DNA of 64,000 nucleotides from Candidatus Latescibacterota bacterium (lineage in GTDB: Bacteria; Latescibacterota; UBA2968; UBA8231). The translations under genes were made by a program, and so were the position numbers. Of the stretch, positions 1 through 11,589 are shown piece after piece (the stretch's first letter is position 1; the number at the start of each line of letters is the position of its first letter). Below the pieces are notes generated by a model. It was not told the origin of the DNA and searched no databases. It saw only the letters and a list, made by a program, of their open reading frames with translations. The stretch is from positions 5,344,001 to 5,408,000 of the forward strand of contig OZ252098.1 in assembly GCA_965248355.1 (NCBI GenBank), read 5' to 3'.

Positions 1-1241
1 GTCATGTTCTTGCCCTCGCCCGCCTCGCCGAGGCCGTAGCCTTTGATCGTCTTGGCGAGGATGACGGTGGGCGACCCCTCGTGCTCCACCGCCGCCCGGA
101 AGGCGGCGTAGACCTTCTCGGGGTCGTGGCCGCCGCGGCGCATCTTCTGCAGCTGCTCGTCCGACAGGTGGTCCACGAGCCGGGCCAGGCGCTCGTCGGC
201 GCCGAAGAAGTGGCGGCGGATGTAGGCGCCGTCGGAGACCGTGTACTTCTGGAACTCGCCGTCCACGACCTCGGCCATGCGCTGGGCGAGGAGACCGGCG
301 TCGTCGCCCTCGATCAGGGGATCCCAGTCGTCGCCCCAGAGCACCTTGATCACGTTCCAGCCGGCGCCGCGGAAGGCGCCCTCCAGCTCCTGGATGATCT
401 TGCCGTTGCCGCGCACCGGGCCGTCGAGGCGCTGCAGATTGCAGTTGACGACCCAGATCAGGTTGTCGAGGCGCTCCCGGCGGGCCAGGGTGATGGCGCC
501 GAGGGACTCGGGCTCGTCCATCTCTCCGTCGCCGAAGAACCCCCACACCCGCCCGCCGTCCTCCGGCTTGAGCCCGCGGTCCTCCAGGTAGCGGTTGAAG
601 CGGGCCTGGTAGATGGAGAGGATGGGGCCGAGGCCCATGGAGACGGTGGGGAACTGCCAGAAGTCGGGCATCAGCCACGGGTGCGGGTACGAGGACAGGC
701 CGCCCCCCTCGCGCAGCTCGCGCCGGAAGTTCTCGAGGTGGCGCTCGGTGAGCCGGCCCTCGAGGAAGGCCCGCGCGTAGATCCCCGGCGTGGCGTGCCC
801 CTGGAAGTACACCAGGTCGCCGCTGCCGTCTTGCGAAGGGGCGCGGAAGAAGTGGTTGAAGCCGACCTCGTACAGGGTCGCCGAGGAGGCGTAGGTCGAG
901 ATGTGCCCGCCCGGAGACGCGGGGTCCCGATTGGCGCGCACCACCATGGCCATGGCGTTCCAGCGGATCAGGCTCTTGATGCGCCGCTCGATCTCCCGGC
1001 TGCCGGGATAGGGCGGCTGTTGGCCGCGGGGGATGGTGTTGATGTAGGGGGTCTGGGCGGTGACCGGCAGCGCCACCCCCGCCTTCTGGGCCCTCGCGTG
1101 CAGCCGGAGGAGGAGGTCCCGCACCTGCTCCGGACGGCGATGGGCGAGGATGTAGTCCAGGGACTCCAGCCATTCGCGCAGCTCGACCTCGGCCTCGCCG
1201 TTGACGGAGATCAGAGACTCATCCACAGCGGTGGTGGTCAT
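1..1241 (-). CDS. aceE: Pyruvate dehydrogenase E1 component, homodimeric type (5' part only; runs off the window start)
   Basis: Not in the ORF track. Manual translation from ATG 1241 gives [53 protein letters not shown] (ThDP motif), [22 protein letters not shown] and [15 protein letters not shown]. Confidence 0.95.
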   Translation of the reverse strand, partial: MTTTAVDESLISVNGEAEVELREWLESLDYILAHRRPEQVRDLLLRLHARAQKAGVALPVTAQTPYINTIPRGQQPPYPGSREIERRIKSLIRWNAMAMVVRANRDPASPGGHISTYASSATLYEVGFNHFFRAPSQDGSGDLVYFQGHATPGIYARAFLEGRLTERHLENFRRELREGGGLSSYPHPWLMPDFWQFPTVSMGLGPILSIYQARFNRYLEDRGLKPEDGGRVWGFFGDGEMDEPESLGAITLARRERLDNLIWVVNCNLQRLDGPVRGNGKIIQELEGAFRGAGWNVIKVLWGDDWDPLIEGDDAGLLAQRMAEVVDGEFQKYTVSDGAYIRRHFFGADERLARLVDHLSDEQLQKMRRGGHDPEKVYAAFRAAVEHEGSPTVILAKTIKGYGLGEAGEGKNM

Positions 1242-1380
1242 GGGATTCTCTGGGTGGGGGTGGACGATTCCGGGAGGGAAAGCGAATCGGAACCAGGATG
1301 AGTAAAATAGGGATTGGGGTCGGGAGGGCCAAGTCCGGCCGTCCCGGCCCCCTCGACCAGGGGAGGAGGGCTCCAAGGAC

Positions 1381-3177
1381 GTGAACGAGCGGTCCCGCAA
1401 GCCTCTTGGAGGGCCCGGCCTGCGCCTCCCGGCCAGCCTGCTGCTCTCCCTGCTCCTGCACCTGGCGGCGCTGCTGACCATCGAGGACTGGCGCCGCGGC
1501 GAGCGCGAGGCCGAGGCCTTCCGGGCCCGTTTGCGCCAGGTGCTGCGCTTCGATCCCGAGCGGTTCACGGCGGCCGGGCCGGAGGTGGTCCGGCCCAGGA
1601 CCGAGATGGAGTACCGGCCGGCCGGAGCGCTCCCCCGGCCGCGGCTCGAGGAGCCGGAGGTGCCCCGTCAGCCGGCGCCGCCGGTGGACGCCCCCGTCGC
1701 CCTGCGGCCTTTCGACATCGCGGCGCGGCCCGACACCTTCCGGGCCGGGGCCGAGTCCGACCTCCTCAGGGCCCTGGCCGCGGCTCAGGCTCGCGGCGAC
1801 TCCATTCGCCGTCAGTCCTTCGATCTGATGCGCGTCTTGGACCTGGCGCAGGGCCACGAGCGGGCCGTGGTGCGGTCCGACCCCGACAGCCGCCGGGACC
1901 TGACCGGCTTCGTCAACCTGACGCGGTTCTTCACGGGAGGGGCCGGCGGCGGCCGGTCGAGCCTGGAGGCCCTGGCGCGCTACATGCGGGACCGCACCCC
2001 GCTGCTGGTGCGGGTGCGGCCCGAGCCGGTCCACCGCTTCACCACCCGCGAGCTGCTGCGGGACCCTATCCACTTCCTGGTCGAGGGAGGGGGCCTGCCC
2101 CTGACCGGGGACTGGCCCCTGCTTCAGGTCTCCGCCCGGGAGAAGGAACTCCTCGAGGAGTTCCTGCGAGGCGGCGGCCTGCTCTACATCGAGGGCGGCG
2201 ACTTCTTCCTGGGCGAGGCCGTGCGCCTCCTGCGCGAGCTCCTCCCCGAGGCCCCCGGGATCGACCCGATCCCGGCCGAGCATCCCGTCTACCACTCCTT
2301 CTTCGGCTTTCCCGCCGGCTTTCCCGGCGAGGACAAGCAACGGTGGGACTACCTGAAGGACCTGAAGCCGTCGTGGGACTACCCGAGCCCCGACCTGCAG
2401 CCGACCCAGGTGACGGCGGCCAACGTGAATCCGGAGTTGGTGGAGTCCCCTGACCTCACGAGGAACGGCCTGTGGGGCGTCTCCCTCGGCGACACCCTCG
2501 TGGCCATCGTCAGCGACCTGCCGCTGCACGCCGGCTGGGCGGAGATGAACAGGGAGGAGGTGGTGGAGCCGGGGCAGGAGGAGCAGCTGCAGCCGAGCTG
2601 GGCCGGACCGGCCCTGGTGGCCGGGGTCAATCTGATCGTCCACGCCGTCACCCGCACCGGGACCATCGCCAGCCGCCGGGAACAGCCGGCCTGGTTCCGG
2701 AACCGGCCCCGGGTGGCCGCCGCCGGCGTCATGCCCGTCGGCGATCCGGCCGACCTGGCCGCCCCGTCGTCCGTCGATCCGGCGCTCGAGGACGCCCTGG
2801 ACGGCTCGGTGGCGGTGCTGCGCTCCCCCTTGGGGGAGAGCTTCGGCGCGGGGGGTCTCACGGTGCGCGTCGACGGCCGCTACCGCATCGATCTGCTGCG
2901 CCCGGGGCTGCAGGGGGTCCTGCTCCACAACCTGCCCGCCGGAGCCCACTGGGTGGAGATCGAGTACCGCGGCGCCTCGGAGGGCGTCGAGCTGCGCCTG
3001 CGGGGAGGGCGGGTGGCCACCGTGACCTTCGGCGTCAGCCGCCTCGCCATGTTGTCGAGTGTGCGCCTCCACGTCCAGTCCGACCAAGTGGATCCGGAGG
3101 CGTGGCGGCTCTCGTTCTCCGACCTGCTCCTCGAGGAGGTCTTCCTTCAGGAGGACGGGGTCCCCGCCCTCGATTGA
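1381..3177 (+). CDS. Membrane-anchored DUF4159-like domain protein
   Basis: 598 aa. N-terminal hydrophobic helix ([14 protein letters not shown]). Segments [43 protein letters not shown] and [10 protein letters not shown] resemble DUF4159. Confidence 0.65.
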   Translation: MNERSRKPLGGPGLRLPASLLLSLLLHLAALLTIEDWRRGEREAEAFRARLRQVLRFDPERFTAAGPEVVRPRTEMEYRPAGALPRPRLEEPEVPRQPAPPVDAPVALRPFDIAARPDTFRAGAESDLLRALAAAQARGDSIRRQSFDLMRVLDLAQGHERAVVRSDPDSRRDLTGFVNLTRFFTGGAGGGRSSLEALARYMRDRTPLLVRVRPEPVHRFTTRELLRDPIHFLVEGGGLPLTGDWPLLQVSAREKELLEEFLRGGGLLYIEGGDFFLGEAVRLLRELLPEAPGIDPIPAEHPVYHSFFGFPAGFPGEDKQRWDYLKDLKPSWDYPSPDLQPTQVTAANVNPELVESPDLTRNGLWGVSLGDTLVAIVSDLPLHAGWAEMNREEVVEPGQEEQLQPSWAGPALVAGVNLIVHAVTRTGTIASRREQPAWFRNRPRVAAAGVMPVGDPADLAAPSSVDPALEDALDGSVAVLRSPLGESFGAGGLTVRVDGRYRIDLLRPGLQGVLLHNLPAGAHWVEIEYRGASEGVELRLRGGRVATVTFGVSRLAMLSSVRLHVQSDQVDPEAWRLSFSDLLLEEVFLQEDGVPALD

Positions 3178-3184
3178 CGGCGGA

Positions 3185-3206
3185 CGGGGCGGCCGCCGCC
3201 GCCCCG
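3185..3206. terminator. GC-rich hairpin between convergent genes
   Basis: CGGGGCGGC-cgcc-GCCGCCCCG forms a perfect 9-bp stem between stop codons at 3177 (+) and 3214 (-). No U-tract. Confidence 0.45.
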
Positions 3207-3213
3207 CGCACCT

Positions 3214-4725
3214 TCAGCGGTAGACCTTCATCTCGCCTCGCTGCAGCCGTCCCCAGTAGTCGTTCAGCGCCGCCTTGATCTGCGGGCTCAGCAGCACCCC
3301 GCCGATGATGTTGGGGAAGGCCATGCCGAGGATCATCATGTCCGAGAAGCCGATGACGTTGTCCAGGGCGGCCACCGATCCGAGGAAGACGAAGAACACG
3401 AAGATCAGCCGGTAGACGAGGACGGAGGCCTGGCCGAAGAGGTACTCCCAGGCCCGCTCTCCGTAGTAGGACCAGGAGATCATGGTCGAGTAGGCGAAGA
3501 GCAGGACCGCCAGGGCCAGCACGTAGCGAGCGCCGGGGATGAAGGAATCGAAGGCGGCCGCGGTCATGCGCACGCCGACGATGCTGCCGCCGCCCGACTG
3601 GAACTCGGGGCGCTCGAAGACGCCGGTGATCGTGCACACCAGCGCCGTCATCAGGCAGATGACGATGGTGTCGATGAAGGGGCCGATCATGGCCACCATG
3701 CCCTCGCGCGCGGGCTCGTCGGTCTTGGCCGCGGCGTGGGCGAAGGCGGCCGAGCCGAGGCCGGCCTCGTTGGAGAAGGCGGCGCGCCGGACGCCCATGA
3801 CGAGGACGCCGAGGAAGCCGCCGTACATGGCCGGCCCGGTGAAGGCGTCGGAGACGATGCGGGCGATGGTGGCTGGCACGGCCTGGATGTTCCACAGGAT
3901 GATCAAGATCGAGAAGGTGAGGTAGAGCAGGCACATGGCGGGCACGATGCGCGAGGTGACCCGGCCGATGCGGCGGATGCCGCCGATGATGACCAGGGAC
4001 ACGAGGCCGGCCATGATCAGGCCCACGGCCCAGTTGTAGCTCTTGAACCACGGCGACACGGTGCCGAGGATCTCGAGGGTCTGGTTGGCCTGGAACATGT
4101 TGCCGCCGCCGAGGGAGCCGCCGATGGTGAGGAAGGCGAACATCACCGCCAGGGTGCGGCCGAACGCGGCCATGCCCTTCGTGGCCAGTCCCTTCTCGAG
4201 GTAGTACATGGGCCCGCCGGAGACGCGGCCGTCGGGGTGGATGTTGCGGTACATCACCGCCAGGGTGCAGGAGGCGAGCTTGGAGGACATGCCCAACAGG
4301 GCGGTGAGGAGCATCCAGAACACGGCCCCGGGCCCGCCGACGCTGACGGCGATGGCCACGCCGGCGATGTTGCCGAGGCCGATGGTCGCCGACAGGGCGC
4401 TGGTGAGGGCCTGGAAGTGGGAGATCTCGCCCGGGTCGTCGGGGTTGTCGTAGCGGCCGCGGATGACGTCGATGGAGTGCCGGAAACCCCGGATCGACAG
4501 CCAGCCGAAGTAGAAGCTGTAGTAGATGCCGCCGGCCACGAGGACGGCCACGACCAGCGGGAGGCCGGTGCCGAAGTCGGCGAAGAGGAAGGTCTCCAGC
4601 AGCTTGACGGTGTCTCCGAAGAGCCCGTCGAGGCGGGTCAAGTGTTGCTGGATCCCGCTGCCCCCGGCCTGGGCCGGCGCCGCCACCGCGGCAAGCAGGA
4701 ACAGGGCTCCCATGGCTCTGCCCAT
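3214..4725 (-). CDS. Alanine/glycine:cation symporter (AGCS family)
   Basis: GEISHFQALTSALSATIGLGNIAGVAIA, GGPGAVFWM, GGPMYYL, RAAFSNEAGLGSA and FAYSTMISWSYYGE motifs. Strong RBS (GAGGAGGAG) upstream. Confidence 0.95.
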   Translation of the reverse strand: MGRAMGALFLLAAVAAPAQAGGSGIQQHLTRLDGLFGDTVKLLETFLFADFGTGLPLVVAVLVAGGIYYSFYFGWLSIRGFRHSIDVIRGRYDNPDDPGEISHFQALTSALSATIGLGNIAGVAIAVSVGGPGAVFWMLLTALLGMSSKLASCTLAVMYRNIHPDGRVSGGPMYYLEKGLATKGMAAFGRTLAVMFAFLTIGGSLGGGNMFQANQTLEILGTVSPWFKSYNWAVGLIMAGLVSLVIIGGIRRIGRVTSRIVPAMCLLYLTFSILIILWNIQAVPATIARIVSDAFTGPAMYGGFLGVLVMGVRRAAFSNEAGLGSAAFAHAAAKTDEPAREGMVAMIGPFIDTIVICLMTALVCTITGVFERPEFQSGGGSIVGVRMTAAAFDSFIPGARYVLALAVLLFAYSTMISWSYYGERAWEYLFGQASVLVYRLIFVFFVFLGSVAALDNVIGFSDMMILGMAFPNIIGGVLLSPQIKAALNDYWGRLQRGEMKVYR

Positions 4726-4798
4726 GGACTCCTCCTCTTTACTAGTTGGGTCAGGTCAGTATAGGCGGCCGGCCGGCGGGCCGGCAAGGCCCCCCGGC

Positions 4799-6712
4799 TC
4801 AGAGACCGACCTGCGTCTCCAGGCCGTACCAGCGCCCCGGCATGGGGACGCCGCGGACCGCCTCGTAGCGGGTGTCGGTGAGATTGCGGATGCGCACCAG
4901 GAGCCGGACCCGCGACAGGGAGCGGCTCACGTGGAGGTCGATCAGGGTGTAGCCCTCCAAGGGGGCCAGCCGTTCGCGGCTCGTGACCTGCCATTCCACC
5001 TTCCCCAGGTGCGGGATCTCATGGCGCAGCCGGCCGTTCAACTGCCGCGTGGGATGGGTGAAGACGTACTTGGACTCCAGGCCCGGGTCGAGGCTCTGCT
5101 CCTTGTCGACCCAGGTGACGGCGGCCTCGGCCGAGGCCAGGCGCCAGCTGTAGGCGGCGCGCAGGCGCAGGCCCAGGGTGCGCATCTCGCCCAGGTTGCG
5201 CGAGGCCCACGGTACCCGGTCCTCTTCGGGGACGTCCCGGCCGCAGGGCGAGTCCGCCGCCCTCACGTAGTCGATCAGGTCGCGCTCCTGCCTCAGGAAG
5301 ACCGCCCCCTCGACACGCCCCCTGGCGATCGGCGGAGCCCCGAGCCGGCGCAGGGGTTTCCACAGCAGCAGGCCGCCGGTCTCGAAGACCCAGGCGCGCT
5401 CGGCGCCGAGGTCCGGGTTGGGCTGGTGACAGGTGTCGGTGTAGTACCTCTCGGTGAAGGAGGGCGCCCGGTAGGCGCGCCCGGCGCTGGCGAAGAGCCG
5501 CCCCGGGCCGGCGGACCGGGCCAGGCTCAGCGTGGGGGCCGCCTCCCAGCCGAAGATCTCGTGGCGGTCCATGCGCAGGCCCGCAGCCACGCGCCAGGGT
5601 CCCGCGAAGGAGCGTCCATACTCCCCGAACAAGCCGGCCCGCACCTGGGCGCGGTCGCCCAGGGCCTCGATGGCGGGATTCTCGTTGCGGCTGTCGATGG
5701 TCTCCCGCACCACCTCGCCGCCCAGCACCACCTGGCCGCCGGCCAGGTTCCGGCGCAGGTGGCCGTTGCCTCCGGCCAGCAGGGAGAGGTGGCGGTTGTC
5801 GTAGGCTCCCGGGTTCTCCTCGATCAGCACGAAGCGGTCGCGGTGCCGGCGGCCGTAGGCGCGCAAGGTCACCCCCCGCTTCCTGTAGGTGGCCGCGGCG
5901 GTGAGGGCCCGGGTCCACTCGCGGGAGGAGAAGGGGGCGTAGAAGTCGCGGGCGCCGAAGTCCTTGTCCTCCAGCCCGCCCTGAAGGGTCAGCGTCCCGC
6001 CCGAAAGGGGCAGGCGCCCCTGCAGGAACCCCCGGTGCTGCTCGAAGCCGGTGCCCTCCCGGTGGCCGTCGGAGCGCCGGGTGCCGGCCGAGACCCACAG
6101 CGAGCCGGATCTCCCGCTCCATCCGTGGCGCAGGGAGAGGTCGGTGTCGATGCCGGTCTCGGACTCGTCCAGGCTCGGGCCGGTGCGCAGGGCCGCCTCG
6201 ATGCGCGGCGCCGCCCGGGGGCGGGGCACCAGATTCACGACCGCGCCGAGGGCGTCGGGACCGTGCACCGCCGAGCCGGCGCCGTAGAGCACCTCCACCC
6301 GCTCCAGGTCGTCCGGAGCGATGGGGAGGTTGAGGTTGTGGTGGCCGGTCTGCGGGTCGTTGGCGCGCACCCCGTCCACCAGGATCAGGACCTGGCCGAA
6401 GGTCGAGCCCTCCACCTCGAGGTCGGTCTGCACGCCCCAGGGACCTCGGTGCCGGGCGTCGAACCCGGGAAGGGAGCCGAGGAGATCGGCGATGGTGGCC
6501 GGAGCCCGGGCGGCGATCTCCGCGGCGTGGAGGACGACCATGTCGCGAGTCGGAGCCGCCAGCTCGCCGCCGAGCCGGGAGGCGCTGACCACGACGGGGG
6601 GCAGCTCGTAGGCGGCCGGGGCGTCCTCGGCGGCTCCGGCCCCCGTCCTCAGGAGGGAGGTGAGAGCGGCCATCCAGGGGTTGAGCAAGAGGCCTCGAAG
6701 CGCTCTTTTCAT
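4799..6712 (-). CDS. TonB-dependent outer membrane receptor (BtuB-like; substrate unknown)
   Basis: TonB-box-like ELPPVVVSASR, plug motifs VLILVDGVR and ERVEVLYGAGSAVHGPDALGAVVNLV, plus RAPSFTERY, NPDL and the C-terminal NLTD..Y......PGR. Confidence 0.9.
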   Translation of the reverse strand: MKRALRGLLLNPWMAALTSLLRTGAGAAEDAPAAYELPPVVVSASRLGGELAAPTRDMVVLHAAEIAARAPATIADLLGSLPGFDARHRGPWGVQTDLEVEGSTFGQVLILVDGVRANDPQTGHHNLNLPIAPDDLERVEVLYGAGSAVHGPDALGAVVNLVPRPRAAPRIEAALRTGPSLDESETGIDTDLSLRHGWSGRSGSLWVSAGTRRSDGHREGTGFEQHRGFLQGRLPLSGGTLTLQGGLEDKDFGARDFYAPFSSREWTRALTAAATYRKRGVTLRAYGRRHRDRFVLIEENPGAYDNRHLSLLAGGNGHLRRNLAGGQVVLGGEVVRETIDSRNENPAIEALGDRAQVRAGLFGEYGRSFAGPWRVAAGLRMDRHEIFGWEAAPTLSLARSAGPGRLFASAGRAYRAPSFTERYYTDTCHQPNPDLGAERAWVFETGGLLLWKPLRRLGAPPIARGRVEGAVFLRQERDLIDYVRAADSPCGRDVPEEDRVPWASRNLGEMRTLGLRLRAAYSWRLASAEAAVTWVDKEQSLDPGLESKYVFTHPTRQLNGRLRHEIPHLGKVEWQVTSRERLAPLEGYTLIDLHVSRSLSRVRLLVRIRNLTDTRYEAVRGVPMPGRWYGLETQVGL

Positions 6713-6738
6713 GACATCTCGACGGGTCTGGAGAATCC

Positions 6739-6767
6739 TTGACAGTCCTCGGAAGCGGCCGTAACCT
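6739..6767 (+). promoter_or_regulatory. Sigma-70-type promoter for the nqr operon
   Basis: TTGACA (6739-6744), 17 nt spacer, TAACCT (6762-6767). Confidence 0.7.
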
Positions 6768-6987
6768 AATTCAACTCCAGCACGATGTCACAGGCGCCGC
6801 TTGCGGTACGCGGCGTCGGAGTTTTCCGGCACGTTCGTTTCCCGTCACGCCTCCACGGATCGCCGACAGCAAGCCTTGTACTTCCACCCGCCGCGTCCGG
6901 GCTGCGCCCTCCCTCCACATCGGGCCCTCCGGGGCGCGTCTCCACACCTCCGGACTCGACCCCGCGCCGCACCCCGGAGCCGCTCCG

Positions 6988-8346
6988 ATGGGTGAGAACC
7001 GCTCCTTCACCATCCGCAAGGGCCTCGATCTGCCGATCACGGGCGAGTGCCGGCAGGTCGTGGAGGACGCGCGGCCCCCGACGCGGGTGGCCCTCGTCGG
7101 TCCGGACTACCACGACCTGCGGCCGACCATGGCCGTGCAGGAGGGTGACAGCGTCCGCGCCGGGCAGCTGCTGTTCGAGGACAAGCGGCGGCCCGGCCTG
7201 CGCTTCACCTCGCCCGGACCCGGCCGGGTCGTCGGCGTGCACCGCGGCGAGAAGCGCCGGCTCTTGTCCGTGATCGTCGAGCTCGACGACCGGGTGGGCG
7301 AGGAGACCTTCGATGTGGGCGGCCGGCGGCCGGAGGACCTGAGCCCCGGGCAGGTCCGCGACGCCCTCGTGCGGTCCGGCCTGTGGACCGGGCTGCGGCA
7401 ACGCCCCTACAGCAAGGTGCCCCTGCCCGAGACGCAGCCCCACTCGATCTTCGTCAACGCCATGGACACCAATCCCCTGAGCGCCGATCCCGCGGTCGCC
7501 CTCGGAGGCCGGGAGAAGGCCTTCCGAGCCGGCCTGGCCGCCCTGGGGCGTCTCGGCGCCGGCGACATCTACCTGTGCAAGGCGCCGGGCGCCGCCATCC
7601 CCGGGGCCGGGACCGAGGTGACCGTGGCCGAGTTCGGCGGTCCCCACCCGGCCGGCCTGGCCGGAACCCACATCCACTTCCTCGACGGCGCCGGCCTGCA
7701 GAAGCAGGTGTTCTGGATCAACTACCAGGATGTGGCCGCCATGGGCGACCTGTTCCTGACGGGGCGCGTCAACCACGAGCGGGTGGTCGCCCTCGGCGGG
7801 CCGGTGGTCGAGCGGCCCCGGCTCCTGCGTACGCGCATGGGCGCCTGCCTCGGCGAGCTCGTCGACGGGGAGCTGACCGCCGGCGTGGAGACGCGCGTCG
7901 TCTCCGGATCGCTGCTGGCCGGGCGTCAGGCCTCCGGGCCCCTCGACTTCCTCGGCCGCTGGCACCTGCAGGTGTCGGCGGTGCGCGAGAACCGTGAGCG
8001 CGAGTTCCTCGGCTGGCAGTCCCCCGGGGCGGACAGGTTCTCGGTCAAGCGAGTCTTCGCCTCGGCCATGTTCCCCGGGCGCCGCTTCGCCTTCGACACC
8101 AGCACCAACGGATCGCCGCGGGCCATGGTGCCGGTGGGCTCCTACGAGAGGGTCATGCCTCTCGATATCCTGCCCACCTTCCTGCTGCGGGCCCTGATCA
8201 CCGGCGACGCCGAGCGCGCCGTCGAGCTCGGAGCCCTCGAGCTCGACGAGGAGGATCTTGGGCTGTGCACCTTCGTCTGCCCGGGCAAGACCGAGTACGG
8301 GCCCCTGCTGCGCCGGAGCCTCGAGCTCATCGAGAGGGAATTCTGA
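6988..8346 (+). CDS. nqrA: Na+-translocating NADH:quinone oxidoreductase subunit A
   Basis: Start reassigned to ATG 6988. [25 protein letters not shown] and [26 protein letters not shown] motifs. Confidence 0.95.
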   Translation: MGENRSFTIRKGLDLPITGECRQVVEDARPPTRVALVGPDYHDLRPTMAVQEGDSVRAGQLLFEDKRRPGLRFTSPGPGRVVGVHRGEKRRLLSVIVELDDRVGEETFDVGGRRPEDLSPGQVRDALVRSGLWTGLRQRPYSKVPLPETQPHSIFVNAMDTNPLSADPAVALGGREKAFRAGLAALGRLGAGDIYLCKAPGAAIPGAGTEVTVAEFGGPHPAGLAGTHIHFLDGAGLQKQVFWINYQDVAAMGDLFLTGRVNHERVVALGGPVVERPRLLRTRMGACLGELVDGELTAGVETRVVSGSLLAGRQASGPLDFLGRWHLQVSAVRENREREFLGWQSPGADRFSVKRVFASAMFPGRRFAFDTSTNGSPRAMVPVGSYERVMPLDILPTFLLRALITGDAERAVELGALELDEEDLGLCTFVCPGKTEYGPLLRRSLELIEREF

Positions 8347-8348
8347 TC

Positions 8349-9557
8349 GTGCTGCGCCAGCTCCTCGACTCCGTGGAGCCCCACTTCGAGCGGGGCGGCC
8401 GGCTCGAGCGCCTCTATCCGCTGTACGAGCTCGTCGACACGTTCCTGTACACCCCCTCCGACGTCACCCGCAACGCCGCCCACGTGCGCGACGGACTCGA
8501 CCTGAAGCGCATGATGATCACCGTCGTCCTGGCCCTGGTGCCGTGCATCCTCATGGCCATGTGGAACACGGGGTACCAGGCGAACCTGGCCCTGGCCGAG
8601 CTCGGCCGGACCGCCGCCGACGGCTGGCGCGGCATCGTGCTCGAGGTCCTCGGCGTCGGCGTCGACCCGGGCAGCCTGGCGGCCAACGTGGTCCACGGCG
8701 CCCTCTGGTTCCTGCCGGTGTTCCTGGTGTGCAACGCCGTGGGCGGCTTCTGGGAGGCCCTGTTCTCGACGATCCGCCGCCACGAGGTGAACGAGGGCTT
8801 CCTGGTGACGGGCATGCTCTTCCCCCTCACCCTGCCGCCGACGATCCCCCTGTGGCAGGTCGCCGTGGGCATCTCCTTCGGCGTCGTCATCGGCAAGGAG
8901 ATCTTCGGCGGCACGGGCAAGAACTTCCTCAACCCCGCCCTGACGGCCCGCGCCTTCCTGTACTTCGCCTACCCGGTGGAGATCACGGGGGACCGCGCCT
9001 GGGTCGCCGTTGACGGCTATTCCCGGGCCACCCCCCTCGGCCAGGTGCCGGCCGACGGCATCGCCCCCATGGAGGCGGGCCTGACCAAGATGCAGGCCTT
9101 CCTCGGCGCCCTGCCCGGGTCGATGGGCGAGACCTCGGTCCTGGCCTGCCTGATCGGCGCCGCCATCCTGATCGCCACCGGCATCGGCTCCTGGCGCATC
9201 ATGGCCAGCATGACCGCCACCACCTTCCTGCTGGCCTGGCTGCTGCACCAGGTGGAGAGCTCCACCAATCACATGTTCGCCATGGACCCCGTCTGGCACC
9301 TGCTCCTCGGCGGCTTCGCCTTCGGCTGCGTGTACATGGCCACCGACCCGGTGTCGGCGGCCTTCACCAACCCGGGGAAGTGGCTCTACGGCGCCCTCAT
9401 CGGGGTCATGACCGTGCTCATCCGGGTCGTCAATCCGGCCTTCCCGGAGGGCGTGATGCTCGCCATCCTCTTCGGCAACATCTTCGCGCCGGTCTTCGAC
9501 TACATCGTGGTGCAGGCCAATATCCGCCGGCGCGCCCTGCGCACCGCCGTAACGTAG
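8349..9557 (+). CDS. nqrB: Na+-NQR subunit B
   Basis: GTG 8349. [38 protein letters not shown], flavinylation site DGYSRAT, MATDPVS and NPAFPEG. Confidence 0.95.
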   Translation: MLRQLLDSVEPHFERGGRLERLYPLYELVDTFLYTPSDVTRNAAHVRDGLDLKRMMITVVLALVPCILMAMWNTGYQANLALAELGRTAADGWRGIVLEVLGVGVDPGSLAANVVHGALWFLPVFLVCNAVGGFWEALFSTIRRHEVNEGFLVTGMLFPLTLPPTIPLWQVAVGISFGVVIGKEIFGGTGKNFLNPALTARAFLYFAYPVEITGDRAWVAVDGYSRATPLGQVPADGIAPMEAGLTKMQAFLGALPGSMGETSVLACLIGAAILIATGIGSWRIMASMTATTFLLAWLLHQVESSTNHMFAMDPVWHLLLGGFAFGCVYMATDPVSAAFTNPGKWLYGALIGVMTVLIRVVNPAFPEGVMLAILFGNIFAPVFDYIVVQANIRRRALRTAVT

Positions 9558-9567
9558 GGGACACGCC

Positions 9568-10338
9568 GTGGCCAGAGAGAGCATCGGCCGGACCTTCACC
9601 GTCGCCTTCTTCCTGTGCGTGGTCTGCTCGGTCCTGGTCTCCGGGGCGGCCGTGGTGCTGCAGCCCATCCAGGAGACCAACGAGCTGAAGGACAAGAAGC
9701 GCAACATCCTGATGGCGGCGGGCCTCGCCGAAGAGGGCCGCACCGTGGACGAGCTCTTCGAGCGCATCGATGTCCGGATCGTCGATCTGGCCACCGGCGG
9801 CTACGTGACCGGCATCGATCCCGGCACCTACGACTACATCGCCGCCGCCTCCGACCAGGGGGTGGCCACCTCCGAGATGGGGCGGCGGGCCGGCATCAAG
9901 CGCCGCGCCCGGCTCATGCCGGCCTACCTGGTCAGCCGCCGCGGTGAGGTGGACAAGGTGATCCTGCCTATCTTCGGGAGGGGGCTGTGGTCGACCCTCT
10001 ACGGCTTCGTCGCCCTCGACCGGGACGACCTGAACACGATCCGCGGCCTCGTCTACTACCAGCACGGCGAGACCCCCGGTCTCGGAGGCGAGGTCGACAA
10101 CCCGCGCTGGAAGGCGCAGTGGAACGGCAAGCGCGCCTTCGGCGACGACGGCCGCGTGGCGATTCGCATCCCGCGCGGCGCCGTCGACGCCGGCTCCCCG
10201 GATGCCGTGCACAGCGTCGACGGGCTGTCGGGGGCCACGATCACCTCGCGAGGCGTGCGTGACATGCTGCACTACTGGCTCGGGGAGGAGGGCTACGGTC
10301 CCTTCCTGGACCGGTTGCGGGACGAAGGAGAGGCTTGA
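9568..10338 (+). CDS. nqrC: Na+-NQR subunit C
   Basis: [30 protein letters not shown] and the FMN attachment motif [11 protein letters not shown]. Confidence 0.95.
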   Translation: MARESIGRTFTVAFFLCVVCSVLVSGAAVVLQPIQETNELKDKKRNILMAAGLAEEGRTVDELFERIDVRIVDLATGGYVTGIDPGTYDYIAAASDQGVATSEMGRRAGIKRRARLMPAYLVSRRGEVDKVILPIFGRGLWSTLYGFVALDRDDLNTIRGLVYYQHGETPGLGGEVDNPRWKAQWNGKRAFGDDGRVAIRIPRGAVDAGSPDAVHSVDGLSGATITSRGVRDMLHYWLGEEGYGPFLDRLRDEGEA

Positions 10339-10341
10339 ACC

Positions 10342-10965
10342 ATGGGCAAGGCCCGAGAGACCCTGCTGGCCCCCATCTTCGAGGACAACCCCATCGCCCT
10401 GCAGATCGTCGGGATCTGCTCGGCCCTGGCGGTGACCAGCAAGCTCGAGACGTCGGCCACCATGTGCCTGGCGGTGATCTTCGTCCTCGTGTTCTCCAAC
10501 GGCGCCATCAGCCTGATCCGCCGCCACATCCCCACCAACATCCGCATAATCGTGCACATGACGGTCATCGCCTCCCTGGTGATCATCGTCGACCAGTTCC
10601 TGCGCGCCTACGCCTTCGACATCAGCAAGCAGCTGTCGGTCTTCGTGGGGCTCATCATCACCAACTGCATCATCCTGGCCCGGGCCGAGGCCTTCGCCAT
10701 GAAGGAGGGTGTCGGGCTGAGCATGCTCGACGGCCTCGGCAACGCCCTCGGCTACAGCCTGATCCTGCTGGTGGTGGGCTTCGTGCGCGAGCTCTTCGGC
10801 TCGGGCCAGCTCTTCGGCGCCGAGATCCTGGCCCTGGCCTCGGAGGGCGGCTGGTACGTGCCCAACGGCCTGATGCTGCTGCCGCCGAGCGCGTTCTTCA
10901 TCATCGGCGCCTTCATCTGGGTGCTGCGCTGGTTCAAGACCGATCAGATCGAGGAGGAGGGGTGA
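10342..10965 (+). CDS. nqrD: Na+-NQR subunit D
   Basis: [34 protein letters not shown] and [12 protein letters not shown]. Confidence 0.95.
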   Translation: MGKARETLLAPIFEDNPIALQIVGICSALAVTSKLETSATMCLAVIFVLVFSNGAISLIRRHIPTNIRIIVHMTVIASLVIIVDQFLRAYAFDISKQLSVFVGLIITNCIILARAEAFAMKEGVGLSMLDGLGNALGYSLILLVVGFVRELFGSGQLFGAEILALASEGGWYVPNGLMLLPPSAFFIIGAFIWVLRWFKTDQIEEEG

Positions 10966-11576
10966 TGTTCGAGGCCGGCCTCAACCTGTTCGTCAAGGCG
11001 GTCTTCGTCGAGAACATCGCCCTCGCCTTCTTCCTCGGCATGTGCACCTTCCTGGCGATCTCCAAGCGCGTCTCCACGGCCTTCGGCCTCGGCGTCGCCG
11101 TCGTCGTCGTGCAGACGATCACCGTGCCCCTGAACAACCTGGTCTACCGCCACCTGCTGCGCGAGGAGGCCCTGTCCGCCCTCGGCCTCGGCGGCGTCGA
11201 CCTGACCTTCGTGGGGCTGATCAGCTACATCGGCGTCATCGCCGCCAGCGTGCAGATCCTGGAGATGTTCCTCGACAAGTACGTGCCGGCCCTGTACAAC
11301 GCCTTGGGCAGCTTCCTGCCGCTGATCACGGTGAACTGCGCCATCCTCGGCGGATCCCTGTTCATGGTCGAGCGCGACTACGCCTTCGGCGAGAGCGTCG
11401 TCTACGGCTTCGGCTCCGGCGTCGGCTGGGCCCTGGCCATCGTCGGCCTGGCCGGCATCCGGGAGAAGCTGCGCTACGCCGACATCCCCCCGGGCCTGCG
11501 CGGCCTGGGCATCACCTTCATGACCGTGGGCCTCATGGCCATGGCCTTCATGGCCTTCTCCGGCATCCAGCTGTAG
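10965..11576 (+). CDS. nqrE: Na+-NQR subunit E
   Basis: ATG overlaps the nqrD stop. [39 protein letters not shown] and C-terminal FSGIQL. Confidence 0.95.
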   Translation: MFEAGLNLFVKAVFVENIALAFFLGMCTFLAISKRVSTAFGLGVAVVVVQTITVPLNNLVYRHLLREEALSALGLGGVDLTFVGLISYIGVIAASVQILEMFLDKYVPALYNALGSFLPLITVNCAILGGSLFMVERDYAFGESVVYGFGSGVGWALAIVGLAGIREKLRYADIPPGLRGLGITFMTVGLMAMAFMAFSGIQL

Positions 11577-11589
11577 GAAGCGACGACCA

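Noticed and set aside
6826..6841. Sigma-54 promoter in the nqr leader (CGGCACGTTCGTTTC)
   Set aside because: Lacks the invariant -12 GC.
6713..6900. Cobalamin riboswitch upstream of the TonB receptor (minus strand GGGAA...CTGTGA)
   Set aside because: Only fragmentary resemblance; the B12 box and GCCACTG elements are not convincingly present. An Rfam scan would settle it.
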